64,000 bases of DNA from Eledone cirrhosa. Its lineage: Eukaryota. A program made the translations under genes and the position numbers. Location of the stretch: contig OZ024742.1 of assembly GCA_964016885.1 (NCBI GenBank), positions 139,810,001 through 139,874,000 on the forward strand. The letters are read 5' to 3'. Below are positions 1 through 11,023 of the stretch, in pieces. Every line of letters begins with the position of its first letter. The first letter of the stretch is position 1. Under the pieces are notes generated by a model. The model had not been told where the DNA came from, searched no databases, and saw only the letters and a program-made list of their open reading frames with translations.

Positions 1-380
1 AAACACTAATGCTAACACTAATATTGACTTAGACGCTAAGGGAAATGCTGACACAATCACTATCACCAATGCAGACGCTGACGAAAATGCTGACATAGAT
101 GCTGACACTTACGCAAACACTAACGCAGATGCTAACACCAGTTTACATATACACTAATACAAAAGCTTACATAGACGCTTATGCAAATGCTAACGCTGAT
201 GCAGACAGTAATGCAAACAGTAACTGTAAGAGTAACAGTTACAGTAACACTAACAGTGACAGTAATGCTAACAGTAACACAGTCACTAACAACAAACTTA
301 CCATTAACAGTAAAACTTACCCTAACACTAACCCTAAATCTAACATTAATCCAGAGAAAAAAGTCATTTGCAATCACATT
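1..380. repeat. Degenerate 6-bp-period low-complexity tandem repeat
   Basis: Runs of hexamers AACACT/AATGCT/GACGCT/AACAGT; the overlapping ORFs are T/N/V/S dipeptide repeats. Confidence 0.8.
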
Positions 381-459
381 TAAGGTCACTCTTTAAGATA
401 TAGAAGATAGGCATTACATTTTAATGATTTTAATTTAAAGAGAATCACGCTATACGATG

Positions 460-3400
460 CAACACAATAACACACCACACCACAGTAACCTACACTACAC
501 CAAACCAGATTATACCATACCTTGGTAAATTTATGATAGGTTTCCATCCAAACCACACCTTAACAAACTACACCATACTACATCACACCATGCTATTGAA
601 CTCAGTGTGAACAATTTTCTTCCTGCTTTTTTTGTCTTTTTTGTGTGTGTGCTTACCACCCAATCTGACATTAAAAGTGTTCGCAATTAACTATTTTTTG
701 CACATATTATCAATGAAGACTTTGAAACCTGTTGAAAATAACTAGCTTTGTAGAAAATAGAGGGCGGAAAGTGGGTGGAAATACCATTCACAAAGCTTGT
801 CATTTTTGATAGCAGTGAAAGTCATATTTGTTGTTAATATGGTAATGGAGGCACATGGCTTAGTGGTTAAAGCATTGGCCTTGCAATCGAAAGGTTGTGA
901 GTTCAATTCTCAGACCAGGTGGTGTGTTGTTTCCTTGAGTAAGACACTTTATTTCACATTGCTCCAGTTTACTCAGCTGTAGAAATGAGATGATAGGGAC
1001 TGGTGTCCCTATCATTCCACTGCAAAGTGGTCGTGTAGGTACCACGGCAAAAACCACCCAGCACTCACTGTAAATGAGGTTGGTGTTAGGAAGGGTATCC
1101 AGCTGTAGAAATCAAGCCAGAATCAGTTCCCGTCCCACCCTTGCAAGCAGGGAAAAGTGGACGTAAAATGATGATGATGATGATGGTAAAAGCATAGTCG
1201 GCTGTGAGCATGTTGGAGGTTGGAAAACCATACCACATTAAACTACATCAAACTACACCATACCAAACTACACCATACTACATCACACCATGCTATTAAT
1301 CTCAGTGAGAACATTTTTCTTCTTGTTTTTTTTTCTGTGTGTGTGCTTACCACCCAATCTGATATCAAAGGTGCTCACAAATGACTATTTTTTTACACAT
1401 TATCAATGTATATAACATGGAAACCTATCATTTGCAATAGGTTCCCATGTCATAACTACAACAATCCAAACCACACCATAACAAACTACACCATTCTACA
1501 TCACACCATGCTTTTGATCTCAGTGTGAAATATTTTCTTCCTGTTTCTTTTTTTTATTTTGTGTGTGTTCTTACCACCCAATCTGACATCAAAGGTGCTG
1601 CAATTGACTATTTTTCGCACATATTATCAATAATTATAACATGGAAAACTGTTGAAAATGACTAGCTTTGTAGAAAAAAGAGGGAGGATGTGGGTGGAAA
1701 TACCATTTACAAAGCTAGTCATTTTTTATTGCAGTGTAAGTCATATTTTTTGTTAATATGCTAAACGCATGCAAAAATGAAGGAAAAATTTTTTTCTAAG
1801 ATAAATCAAAGTGGAAATTTAAATCCTCACTTATAACAAAGCACACCACAGCACATTAATCTACCTCAATCCACAGCATATACTTCACCATAACCATACT
1901 TCACTATATGGTAAATGTATTACAGAACACCTATTCCTACCATTTACAATATATGGACATTAATGTGACAAATTGGCTACCTGCTTTTTTTTTGTGGTTA
2001 CCACCTCAAACTAAGATCAAAGGTGCTTGCAAATGACTATTTTCCCATACGTTATCAATGAATATGACATGGGAATCTATCGTTTACAATTGGTTTCCAT
2101 TTCATAACTTCACCAAACCAAACCAAACCACACCATACCAAGTTACACCATACTACATCGCACCAAGCTATTGATCTTGGTGTGAAACATTTTTTTCTGT
2201 GTGCTTACTACCTAATCTGACATTAAAGGTGCTCCCGATTTACTTTTTTTTTTCACATATCAATAATTATGACATGGAAACCTGTCGAAAATGACTATCT
2301 TTGTAGAAACTTCACCAAACCACACCATACTACATCACACCAAGATATTGATTTTAGTGTGACAAATTTTCATTTGGCATTTTTTGTTTTGTTTTTTTTT
2401 GTGCTTACCACCCAATTTGACATAAAAGGTGCTCGCAAATTACTATTTTATGCACATATTATCAATAGTTATGACATGGAAACCTGATGAAAATGACTAG
2501 CTTTGTAGAAAAAAGAGGGAGGATGTGGATGGAAATACCATTTACAAAGCTAGCCATTTTTTATTGCAGCGGAAGTCATATTTTTTGTTAATATGCTAAA
2601 AGCATAGTCCACTGCGAGCTTCTTGGAAGTTGATAGCACATGCAAAAATGAAGGAAAAAATTTTTTTCTAACATAAATCAAAGTGGAAATTTAAATCCTC
2701 ACTTATAACAAAGCACACCACAGCACATTAATCTACCCCAATCCACACCATAACCATACTTCACTATATGGTAAATTTATTACAGAACACCTACTCCTAC
2801 CATTTACATCACACCATGGTATGGATATCAATATGACAAATTTGCTACCTGCTTTTTTTTTTGTGGTTACCACCACAAACTAACATCAAAGGTGCTTGCA
2901 AATGACTATTTTCCCACACATTATCAATGAATATGACATGGGAATCTATCGTTTACAATTGGTTTCCATTTCATAACTTCACCAAACCAAACCAAACCAC
3001 ACCATACCAAGTTACACCATACTACATCACACCAAGCTATTGATCTTGGTGTGAAACATTTTCTTCCCGTTTCCTTTTTTTGTGTGTGTGTGTGTGTGCT
3101 TACCACCCAATCTGACATTAAAGGTGCTCCCAATTGACTATTTTTTTTTCACTTATCAATAATTATGACATGGAAACCTGTCGAAAATGACTATCTTTGT
3201 AGAAACTTCAACAAACCACACCATACTACATCACACCAAGCTATTGATTTTGGTGTGACAAATTTTCATCTGGCATTTTTTTTTTTTTTTTTTTTTGTGC
3301 TTACCACCCAATTTGACATAAATGGTGCTCGCAAATTACTATTTTATGCACATATTATCAATGGTTATGACATGGAAACCTGATGAAAATGACTAGCTTT

Positions 3401-4400
3401 GTAGAAAAAAGAGGGAGGATGTGGGTGGAAATACAATTTACAAAGCTAGTCATTTTTTATTGCAGCGGAAGTCATATTTTTTGTTTATATGCTAAAAGCA
3501 TAGTCCACTACGAGCATCTTGGAAGTTGATAGCACATGCAAAAATGAAGGAAAAATTTTTTTCTAACATAAATCAAAGTGGAAATTTAAATCCTCACTTA
3601 TAACAAAGCACACCACAGCACATTAATCTACCCCAATCCACACCATAACCATACTTCACTATATGGTAAATTTATTACAGAACACCTACTCCTACCATTT
3701 ACATCACACCATGGTATGGACATCAATGTGACAAATTTGCGACCTGCTTTTTTTTTGTGGTTACCACCTCAAACTAACATCAAAGGTGCTTGCAAATGAC
3801 TATTTTCCCACACATTATCAATGAATATGACATGGGAATCTATCGTTTATAATCGGTTTCCATTTCATAACTTCACCAAACCAAACCACACCATACCAAG
3901 TTACACCATACTACATCGCACCAAGCTATTGATCTTGGTGTGAAAATTTTTTTTCCCGTTTCCTTTTTTTTTTCTGTGTGCTTACCATCCAATCTGACAT
4001 TAAAGGTGCTCCCAATTTACTTTTTTTTTCACATATCAATAATTATGACATGGAAACCTGTCGAAAATGACTATCTTTGTAGAAACTTCACCAAACCACA
4101 CCATACTACATCACACCATGCTATTGATTTTTGTGTGACAAATTTTCATTTGGCATTTTTTTTTTTTTTTTTTTGTGCTTACCACCCAATTTGACATAAA
4201 TGGTCCTTGCAAATTACTATTTTATGCACATATTATCAATGGTTATGACATGGAAACCTGATGAAAATGACTAGCTTTGTAGAAAAAAGAGAGAGGATGT
4301 GGGTGGAAATACCATTTACAAAGCTAGTCATTTTTAATTGCAGTGGAAATCATATTTGTTGTTATATGCTAAAAAAAATAGTCAATTGCAAGCATTTTGA
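460..4400. repeat. Complex tandem array, ~0.85-0.9 kb higher-order unit built from ~190-bp subrepeats
   Basis: Marker AAAATGACTAGCTTTGTAGAAAAAAGAGGGAGG recurs near 730, 1655, 2490, 3386 and 4264. Subrepeat CACACCATACTACATCACACCA...TTACCACCCAATCTGACAT occurs several times per unit. Confidence 0.9.
846..1182 (+). mobile_element. tRNA-derived SINE (family A) with RTE-type (TGA)n tail
   Basis: A box TGGCTTAGTGG, B box GTTCAATTC, CORE-like central block and (ATG)n tail. TSD ATGGTAA at 839-845 and 1183-1189; the empty site is visible in other array units. Confidence 0.9.
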
Positions 4401-4559
4401 AGGTCGGATTAGTTGATAGGACATAAAAATACAAAGGAAAACCAAAATTGTCTATATGTTCCTGTGGAAAGTCGGGTCTTCTGTATTACTGTGTGACGCC
4501 AGAGGTCATGGTCGTGTGTCATTGCTCTTGAGAGGTGCAATTGGGAAAGGTCGGCTTAG

Positions 4560-5130
4560 TAATATTTACTTCTGCGTTCACAGATTGATTTTTTTTAGTT
4601 TCAGAAGATCCCATTAAGGGTGAAAGCAGCCGATTCTTTGCTTAAACTTTAATCTGTTATTTTAATAAATATTTGCTCTACGGTTCTTATATATTTGATA
4701 TATATTTATACTTATTGAGCCCTCTTTGGATGTTAGTCTTCAAATTTATTATTATTACTATTTGGTTCCCTTGACTGAGTACTCTATTGACTTATATTCA
4801 TCATGCAGAAACATCTGAATATTTCTACAAAGAACATACCCGTACCAAGCAGGAAGAAATACCTAAAAATACGTCTCCACGAACCAAAGTATCGTCTTCC
4901 AGTCTTCCTTCGGTTGCAACGTTTTTCGAAATACTTACTTCTGCGTTCACAGATTGATTTTTTTTTTAGTTTCAGAAGATCCCATTAAGGGTGAAAGCAG
5001 CCGATTCTTTGCTTAAATTTTAATCTGTTATTTTAATAAATATTTGCTCTACGGTTCTTATATAATTGATATATATTTATCCCTATCGAGCCCTCTTTGG
5101 GTTTTAGTCTTCATATTTATTATTATTACT
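4560..5130 (+). mobile_element. Internally deleted PLE-like element with ~200-bp direct repeats (pseudo-LTR-like)
   Basis: Direct repeat 4560-4760 and 4930-5130, ending in (AT)n. The ORF at 4803 begins MQKHLNISTKNIPVPSRKKYLK, resembling the 'KNIPIP' N-terminus of C-terminal-EN PLE ORFs. Related sequence lies at 43130-43345 (+) and 44998-45515 (-). Confidence 0.55.
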
Positions 5131-5151
5131 ATATATATATATATATATATA

Positions 5152-5456
5152 TCATCATCATCATCATTTCCTTTTGCGTCCGCTTTTTCCCTGCTTGCAA
5201 GGGTGGGACGGGAACTGATTCTGGCTTGATTTCTACAGCTGGATGCCCTTCCTAACACCAACCTCATTTACAGTGAGTGCTAGGTGCTTTTTTGCCGTGG
5301 CACCTCCACAACCACTTTGCAGTGGAATGATATGGACCCCAGTCCCTATCATCTCATTTCTACAGCTGAGTAAACTGGATCAATGTGAAATAAAGTGTCT
5401 TGCTCAAGGAAACAACACATCACCCAGTCTGAGAATTGAACTCACAACCTTTCAAT
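5152..5456 (-). mobile_element. SINE family A (5' truncated)
   Basis: Reverse complement of the 846-1182 element, including the (CAT)n tail. Confidence 0.9.
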
Positions 5457-5500
5457 GTGTGTGTGTATATATTAGTTTATATATGTGTGTGTGTATATAT

Positions 5501-5588
<88 letters not shown>

Positions 5589-5607
5589 ATATATATACAT
5601 ACATATT

Positions 5608-5971
5608 GAGAGCATTGGCCTTACAATCGAAAGGTTGTGAGTTCAATTCTCACACCGGGTGTTGTGTTGTTTCCTTGAGCAAGACACTTTATTTCACATT
5701 GCTCTAGTTTACTCAGCTGTAGAAATGAGATGATAGGACTGGGGTCCATATCATACCACTGCAAAGTGGTCGTGGAAATGGCCACAGCTAAAAAGCACCC
5801 AGCCCACACTGTAAAGTAGATGTGGAGGTGCCACGGAAAAAAGCACCCATCACTCACTGTAAATGAGGTTGGTGTTAGGAAGGGCATCCAGCTGTAGAAA
5901 TCAAGCCAGAATCAGTTCCCATCCCACCCTTGAAAGCAGGGAAAAAGTGAACGTAAAATGAAATGATGATG
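5608..5971 (+). mobile_element. SINE family A
   Basis: Matches 865-1182 with an internal duplicated segment; ATGATGATG tail. Confidence 0.9.
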
Positions 5972-6305
5972 AATGCTCCCAGCTGTGGTCACTCCATAGT
6001 ATCAAACTAACCATGGAGCTTGAAACAATCCAATGAAGCTACATCAAGAAGGTTGCCACGATGAAGGAAATAAACTACTGGGAGAGTCTAATAGAACTGA
6101 AACTCTACTCCTCGGAATGAAGATGGGAGAGATATGCAATGATATACATATGGAAAATCCTGGGGGGACTAAGACCAAACTTTCGCATTGAGAGCTGGAC
6201 CAATTCTCGAACAGGACGTCACTGTGTGGTACCAAAGGTCCCGTCTTCCACATCTAGAATCAGGAGCAGCTATTGCAATAGCCTGGGGTTCAAAGGCCTT
6301 CAACT
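5972..6305 (+). mobile_element. CR1-group LINE ORF2 C-terminal fragment
   Basis: YWE.L.ELKLYS..RR.ERYA.IYIWKIL motif; same family as 9477-9990. Confidence 0.75.
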
Positions 6306-6378
6306 TGGTTTTCAAAATTTAAATTTGTGTTTCCTATTCATCAATGCTTCAAGCAAGCTATAAAACTCTGTTATATTT

Positions 6379-7715
6379 CATCATCATCATTTCATATCGG
6401 TTCTTCTACGCTAGCATGGGTTGTCCTGTTGTGGGCAGTGTCTGGTCGGCTGACCTTGTCTTGCTTATGCGGGAACTGATTCAGTCTTGATTTCTACAGC
6501 TGGATGCCCTTCCTAACACCAACCTCATTTACAGTGAGTGCTGGGTGTTTTTTTTTTTGCCGTGGCACCTCCACGACCACTTTGCAGTGGAATGATATGG
6601 ACCCCAGTCCTATCATCTCATTTCTACAGCTGAGTAAACTGGAGCAATGTGAAATAAAGTGTCTTGCTCAAGGAAACAACACATCACCCGGTCCGAGAAT
6701 TAAACTCTCAACCTTTCAATTGCAAGCCCAATGCTCTAACCACTGAGCCATGTGCCTTCTATTGTTGGCAATGTTAGGTCAGGTGACCATGTTTTGCTCA
6801 TAAAGAACTGATTTTGGCTTGGTTTCTACAGTTGGATGCCCTTCCTAATGCCAAGCCCATTTACAGTGAGTACTGGCTGTTTTTTGTTGTGATTCCTCCA
6901 CGACTACTTTACAGTATGGACTGGGTGTTTTTTACTGTGTCACCATCACGACCACTTTACAGTGTTTCAGCCTGTTCTCATGAAAGATATATTGGCGGGT
7001 GGGATGGAGTGGTGCATACTGTATGTATGTTTCAGTCTTAGCCTGGGCCCGTGGGAAGTTGGGGTTTCTGTATTACCTCATAACGCCAGAGATCTTTTCA
7101 GATGTGCAATTGGGCAAGGTCGGCTTTTATCACTTCATCTCAAGACTTTCTGGGACTTTATGTAGCTGTCATCCTTCATACGAATCACATGTCCATACCA
7201 ACATAATCTCCTCTCCTGCACACAACATTTGATTCCTCTTATGCCTAGTTTCTCTTTCAGTTTGTTTATGCTTTGCTGTTCGCGTATATTTCTATTACAC
7301 ATCCATCGGAGCATACAAGCTTCATTCCTTTCTACTCTACGCAAGTCTTCTACACACAGCGCCCAGCTCTCACTACCATGCAACATTGCCGTTCATGTGC
7401 ACACATCATACAGTCTACCTTTTATGCTGAGGGAAAGATCCAGCTGTGGCAGTAGCTCCCTCAACTTCTTCCATCCCGTTCTTTCAGAACACCCCACTCC
7501 GCTGCTAATTCGGTATTGTTTTTACCAAGTCCTCCCAGACTTTGATTCACTTGTTTTCAGTGATTGTTTGCTGCTTACTGTCCTGGTGCAACTGCTACAG
7601 GTAAAGCCTACATTCTTAACTAAACTTCCTGAGATCCCACTACATCTCTTGTGTACCCATAGTTTGCATATGGGGCAGAGGATGGAGTTTCTACCTACAT
7701 CTCTCCTACATAATG
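6379..7715 (-). mobile_element. RTE-clade LINE 3' fragment (frameshifted) with SINE A at ~6469-6760
   Basis: ORFs 7135-7386 (MLHGSESWAL...RRLCWYGHVIRM) and 7522-7715 (CPICKLWVHKRCSGI). Same family as 52740-54120; (CAT)n tail at 6379. Confidence 0.85.
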
Positions 7716-7769
7716 AGCACACACACACACACACACATATATATATACACACACACTCATATATATATA

Positions 7770-9001
7770 CTAGCCGAATTACCAGCGCCTTGCTGCGTTT
7801 CACACATTTTTTTTGTAAGAAAATGATGATTGATTTTAAATCAGTGATATAATTTATGGAGAAAAACTCAATATTACTCAATGTAAAATATAATTGTTTC
7901 TACTTTAGGCACAAGGCCAGCAATCACCCAGTGCATTACTGGTACTTTATTTTATCGACCCCGTAAGGGTGAAAGGCAAAGTCAACCTCGGCGGTATTTG
8001 AACTCAGATCGTAAAGGGACGTAACTATGCTGGAAAGCATGGCGTCCGACCCTCTACCGATACTGCCAATCCACCGCCCTTTACTCAATGTAAAATATAA
8101 TGCATGAAAAATTGGAAAACATCATTTTTTGTAATATATCAAATCAAAATTGCATTATTAAATCTTATTCTTATTTTGTTTCTTGTAAATAATTCTTTTC
8201 AAAATATCAATTGAAAACTTTTGTGAATAGGCATCATATCTTGTCATTTACCTATGGTTTAAGTTTCATATAAATCGAAAGGGAAAAATTTTCAGCGGGG
8301 GTTTGTACCCCCCGGGGAACCCTAATAGGTGTCTTATAGTATTGAAATTTTGTGAATAGGCATCATATCTCTTCATTTATCTATGGTTTAAATTGCATAT
8401 AAATCGAACCGAAAAATTTTTCAGCGGTGATTTTGTGCCCCCTGGTGAACCCTAATAGGGGGTTTAACCCCCATTAGGGTAGGGGTTTAACCCCCATTAG
8501 GGTAGGGGTTTAACCCCCATTAGGGTATTGTAATTTTATTGAAATTTGCTGAAATGATGTGAATAGGCATTATATCTTGTCGTTTACCTATGGTTTAAAT
8601 TGCATATAAATCGAAGGGAAAACATTTTCAGCAGGGGTTTGTGCCACCGGTGAACCCTAATAGGGGGTTTAACCCCTACTAGGGTATTTTAATTTTATTG
8701 AAATTTGCTGAAATTTTGTGAATAGGCATCATATCTTGTCATTTACCTATGGTTTAAATTTCATATAAATCGAAGGTAAAGTTTCAGTGGCGGTTTTGTG
8801 TCCCCGATGAACCCTTTGATTAAAATGAAATATACTTATACAAGCACCCTGGGCAATGTAGTTTCAGAATATATATGGCTATGGGGGTCTATCTCCAAAA
8901 CCATAGGAGGAGTTCGTAAAATCTTGTTCCACTTATTGGCCAAACTTTCCACTATAGGGCGTTTAACCCCCATTAGGGTGTCTTAATATTATTGAAATTT
9001 G

Positions 9002-9002
<1 letters not shown>
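7770..9002 (-). mobile_element. Non-autonomous Helitron-like element with internal tandem repeats
   Basis: Minus-strand 3' end CAGC-AAGGC-GCTG hairpin followed by CTAG, next to an AT tract. Internal ~140-190-bp repeats 8220-9000 contain GGGGTTTAACCCC palindromes. The 5' end is not identified. Confidence 0.55.
7895..8080 (-). mobile_element. tRNA-derived SINE (family B)
   Basis: Head GGATTGGCAGTATCGGTAGAG...GAGTTCAAAT and central GCCTTTCA(T/C)CCTTACGGGGTCGATAAAATAAAGTACCAG. TSD TTACTCAATGTAAAATATAAT at 7874-7894 and 8081-8101. Confidence 0.9.
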
Positions 9003-9045
<43 letters not shown>

Positions 9046-9080
9046 CACAAACACACACACACACATATATATATACACAA

Positions 9081-9141
<61 letters not shown>

Positions 9142-9332
9142 AACACACACACACAAACACACACACACATATTTATATCTTTAGCAGAGCATTTTAATAT
9201 TGCCACTCAATGAAAACCCTTTGTTTGGAATAAATGAATCTTGAAAATTAGGAGTGCCTGTCAGTGTGTATGTGTTTGTCTACTTAGCATCAATTTACTA
9301 CCCTCCCCTACCACCATATTACATTGACAGTC

Positions 9333-9384
9333 GGCTTTTCTGATGATTTCCTCCGAATGAAACAGTTCTAGTCCTGTTGAAGCC
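9333..9384 (+). ncRNA. Type I hammerhead ribozyme motif
   Basis: GGCTTTT-CTGATGA-(TTC/GAA stem II)-GAAA-stem III ACAG/CTGT-GUU site-GAAGCC; homologous to 50217-50271. Confidence 0.7.
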
Positions 9385-9419
9385 ATTTCTATATTAAATA
9401 TATATATATACTCTTTTAG

Positions 9420-10050
9420 CTGTTCCAGCCATCCGGCTGAGACCATGATTGGGCACTGCCCTTGTTGCTACACATTCTATCTCCAGCCTGTGTTGGCTGG
9501 CCATTGATGTAAGAGGGAGTTCGTTGCTGCTGCCCTTAGGTTACCTTCGTACCGTGATGTGGGCTCATCCGGGATCCTGGATAACAGGGTGTCGAGAAGT
9601 TTCTTGAAAATATCCACGGCCACACCATGTAGATCTCTCAAATCCCTCGGCAGTTTGTTGAAGAGTTGGGGGCCTTTGAACCCCAGTCTATTGCAATATC
9701 TGCTTCTTGTTCTAGATGTGGAAGACGGGACCTTTGTCACCACACAGTGACGTCCTGTTCGAGGGTTGGTCCCGCTCTTAATACCAAAGTTTGGCGCTAG
9801 TCGCTCCAGGATTTTCCATATGTATATCACTGCGTATCTCTCCCGTCTTCGTTCCAAGGAGTAGAGTTTCAGTTCTTTTAGCCTCTCCCAGTAGCTCATC
9901 TCCTTCATCGTGTAATCCTCTTGGTCTAGCTTCGTTGGATTGTCTCAAGTTCCGTGGTTAGTTTGATACAAGGGGTGACCATAGCTGGGAGCAATAGTCC
10001 AGGCGGCTTAGGACAAATGGCCTTCATAGTATCAACATGGTCTCCCGGTC
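9420..10050 (-). mobile_element. CR1-group LINE 3' end
   Basis: ORF 9477-9908 reads YWERLKELKLYSLERRRERYAVIYIWKIL...GPQLFNKLP...FKKLLD...IPDEP, typical of a CR1-group ORF2 C-terminus. Confidence 0.8.
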
Positions 10051-10197
10051 TCTTATATAGAAAACCTCAAATAAAAAGTCAAGATTTGTTTCAATTTAAC
10101 AGAGCAGAAAGAATTCGCGTCAGGATATTCCAACCAATCCAGCCTATATCAGCTGAATAAATATTTATATGGATATATATATATACACACCCACATG

Positions 10198-10265
<68 letters not shown>

Positions 10266-10319
10266 TATATATATATATACACACACACACTCAAACACAC
10301 ACATACATACACGCATGCA

Positions 10320-10672
10320 TACATGATGGCTGCTCCCTCGTTATCGAGTATGGCCATTGCACGATATACCATTATTAATAATTATTAATTAATTCTATCG
10401 TGCAATGCATGTGCATGAAGATATTTTTTAAAATGAGTAAAGACTGTGCACTGAGCCAATCTCACTCTCTGAGCGACAGTAGCTATAACCCGAAAAGAAG
10501 AAAATATCAACATCATCGGTAACTACTGAGCCGCAGGTTTTATATCGGAATTATCCCAGTTTCCTGAGTTGCCTTTTCCTAGAAGAATGCCCCGACAAAG
10601 GCTATGGGTCCTTCACTCCCAGTGATTTAACCGCGCGATCGGGTGTCCAGCCCGATTATTTCTATGTCCCCG
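10320..10672 (-). mobile_element. Short non-coding RTE-related element
   Basis: 3' tail ...GCAGCCATCATGTA is shared with the RTE ending at 11024; flanked by TACA/AC microsatellite. Confidence 0.5.
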
Positions 10673-10779
10673 CGCATGAACATACACATGCACCCATGTA
10701 TATACACATATACATATACATACATATGTACATGTGTATATACATATTTACACACTTTTGGATGGCCGTTGACTCTTAT

Positions 10780-10950
10780 GAGATCTTCCGCCTTTTGTCA
10801 GGTTTTGTTTTTTTGTCCTGCAGGGTGTCCAAAATCACCCTCCTCACCAAGTAAACTTGGTGGGGTTGCCGGTTTAGTCGCCGACGACCCGACCATGCGA
10901 CAGGTTGTACTGGGTTACATGTTACCAATAGCACTCAAGAGTGACCCGAC
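10780..10950 (-). mobile_element. Probable RTE 5'-leader fragment
   Basis: GC-rich structured segment starting directly after the (TATG)n tail of the upstream RTE; resembles RTE 5' UTRs (from recall). Confidence 0.4.
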
Positions 10951-11023
10951 ATACATACATACATACATACATACATACATACATACATACATACATACAT
11001 ACATACATACATACATACATACT

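Noticed and set aside
99-396. Protein-coding gene with N/S/T repeats
   Set aside because: Open in several frames and on both strands because of hexamer periodicity; no recognisable domain.
846-920. tRNA gene
   Set aside because: The A/B boxes are the head of a SINE with body, tail and TSD; the same applies to SINE B heads.
2480-2580. Hammerhead in the 0.9-kb array (CTGATGA plus hairpin)
   Set aside because: No GAAA directly after the stem, no stem III or stem I, and other units read CTGTTGA or CTGTCGA.
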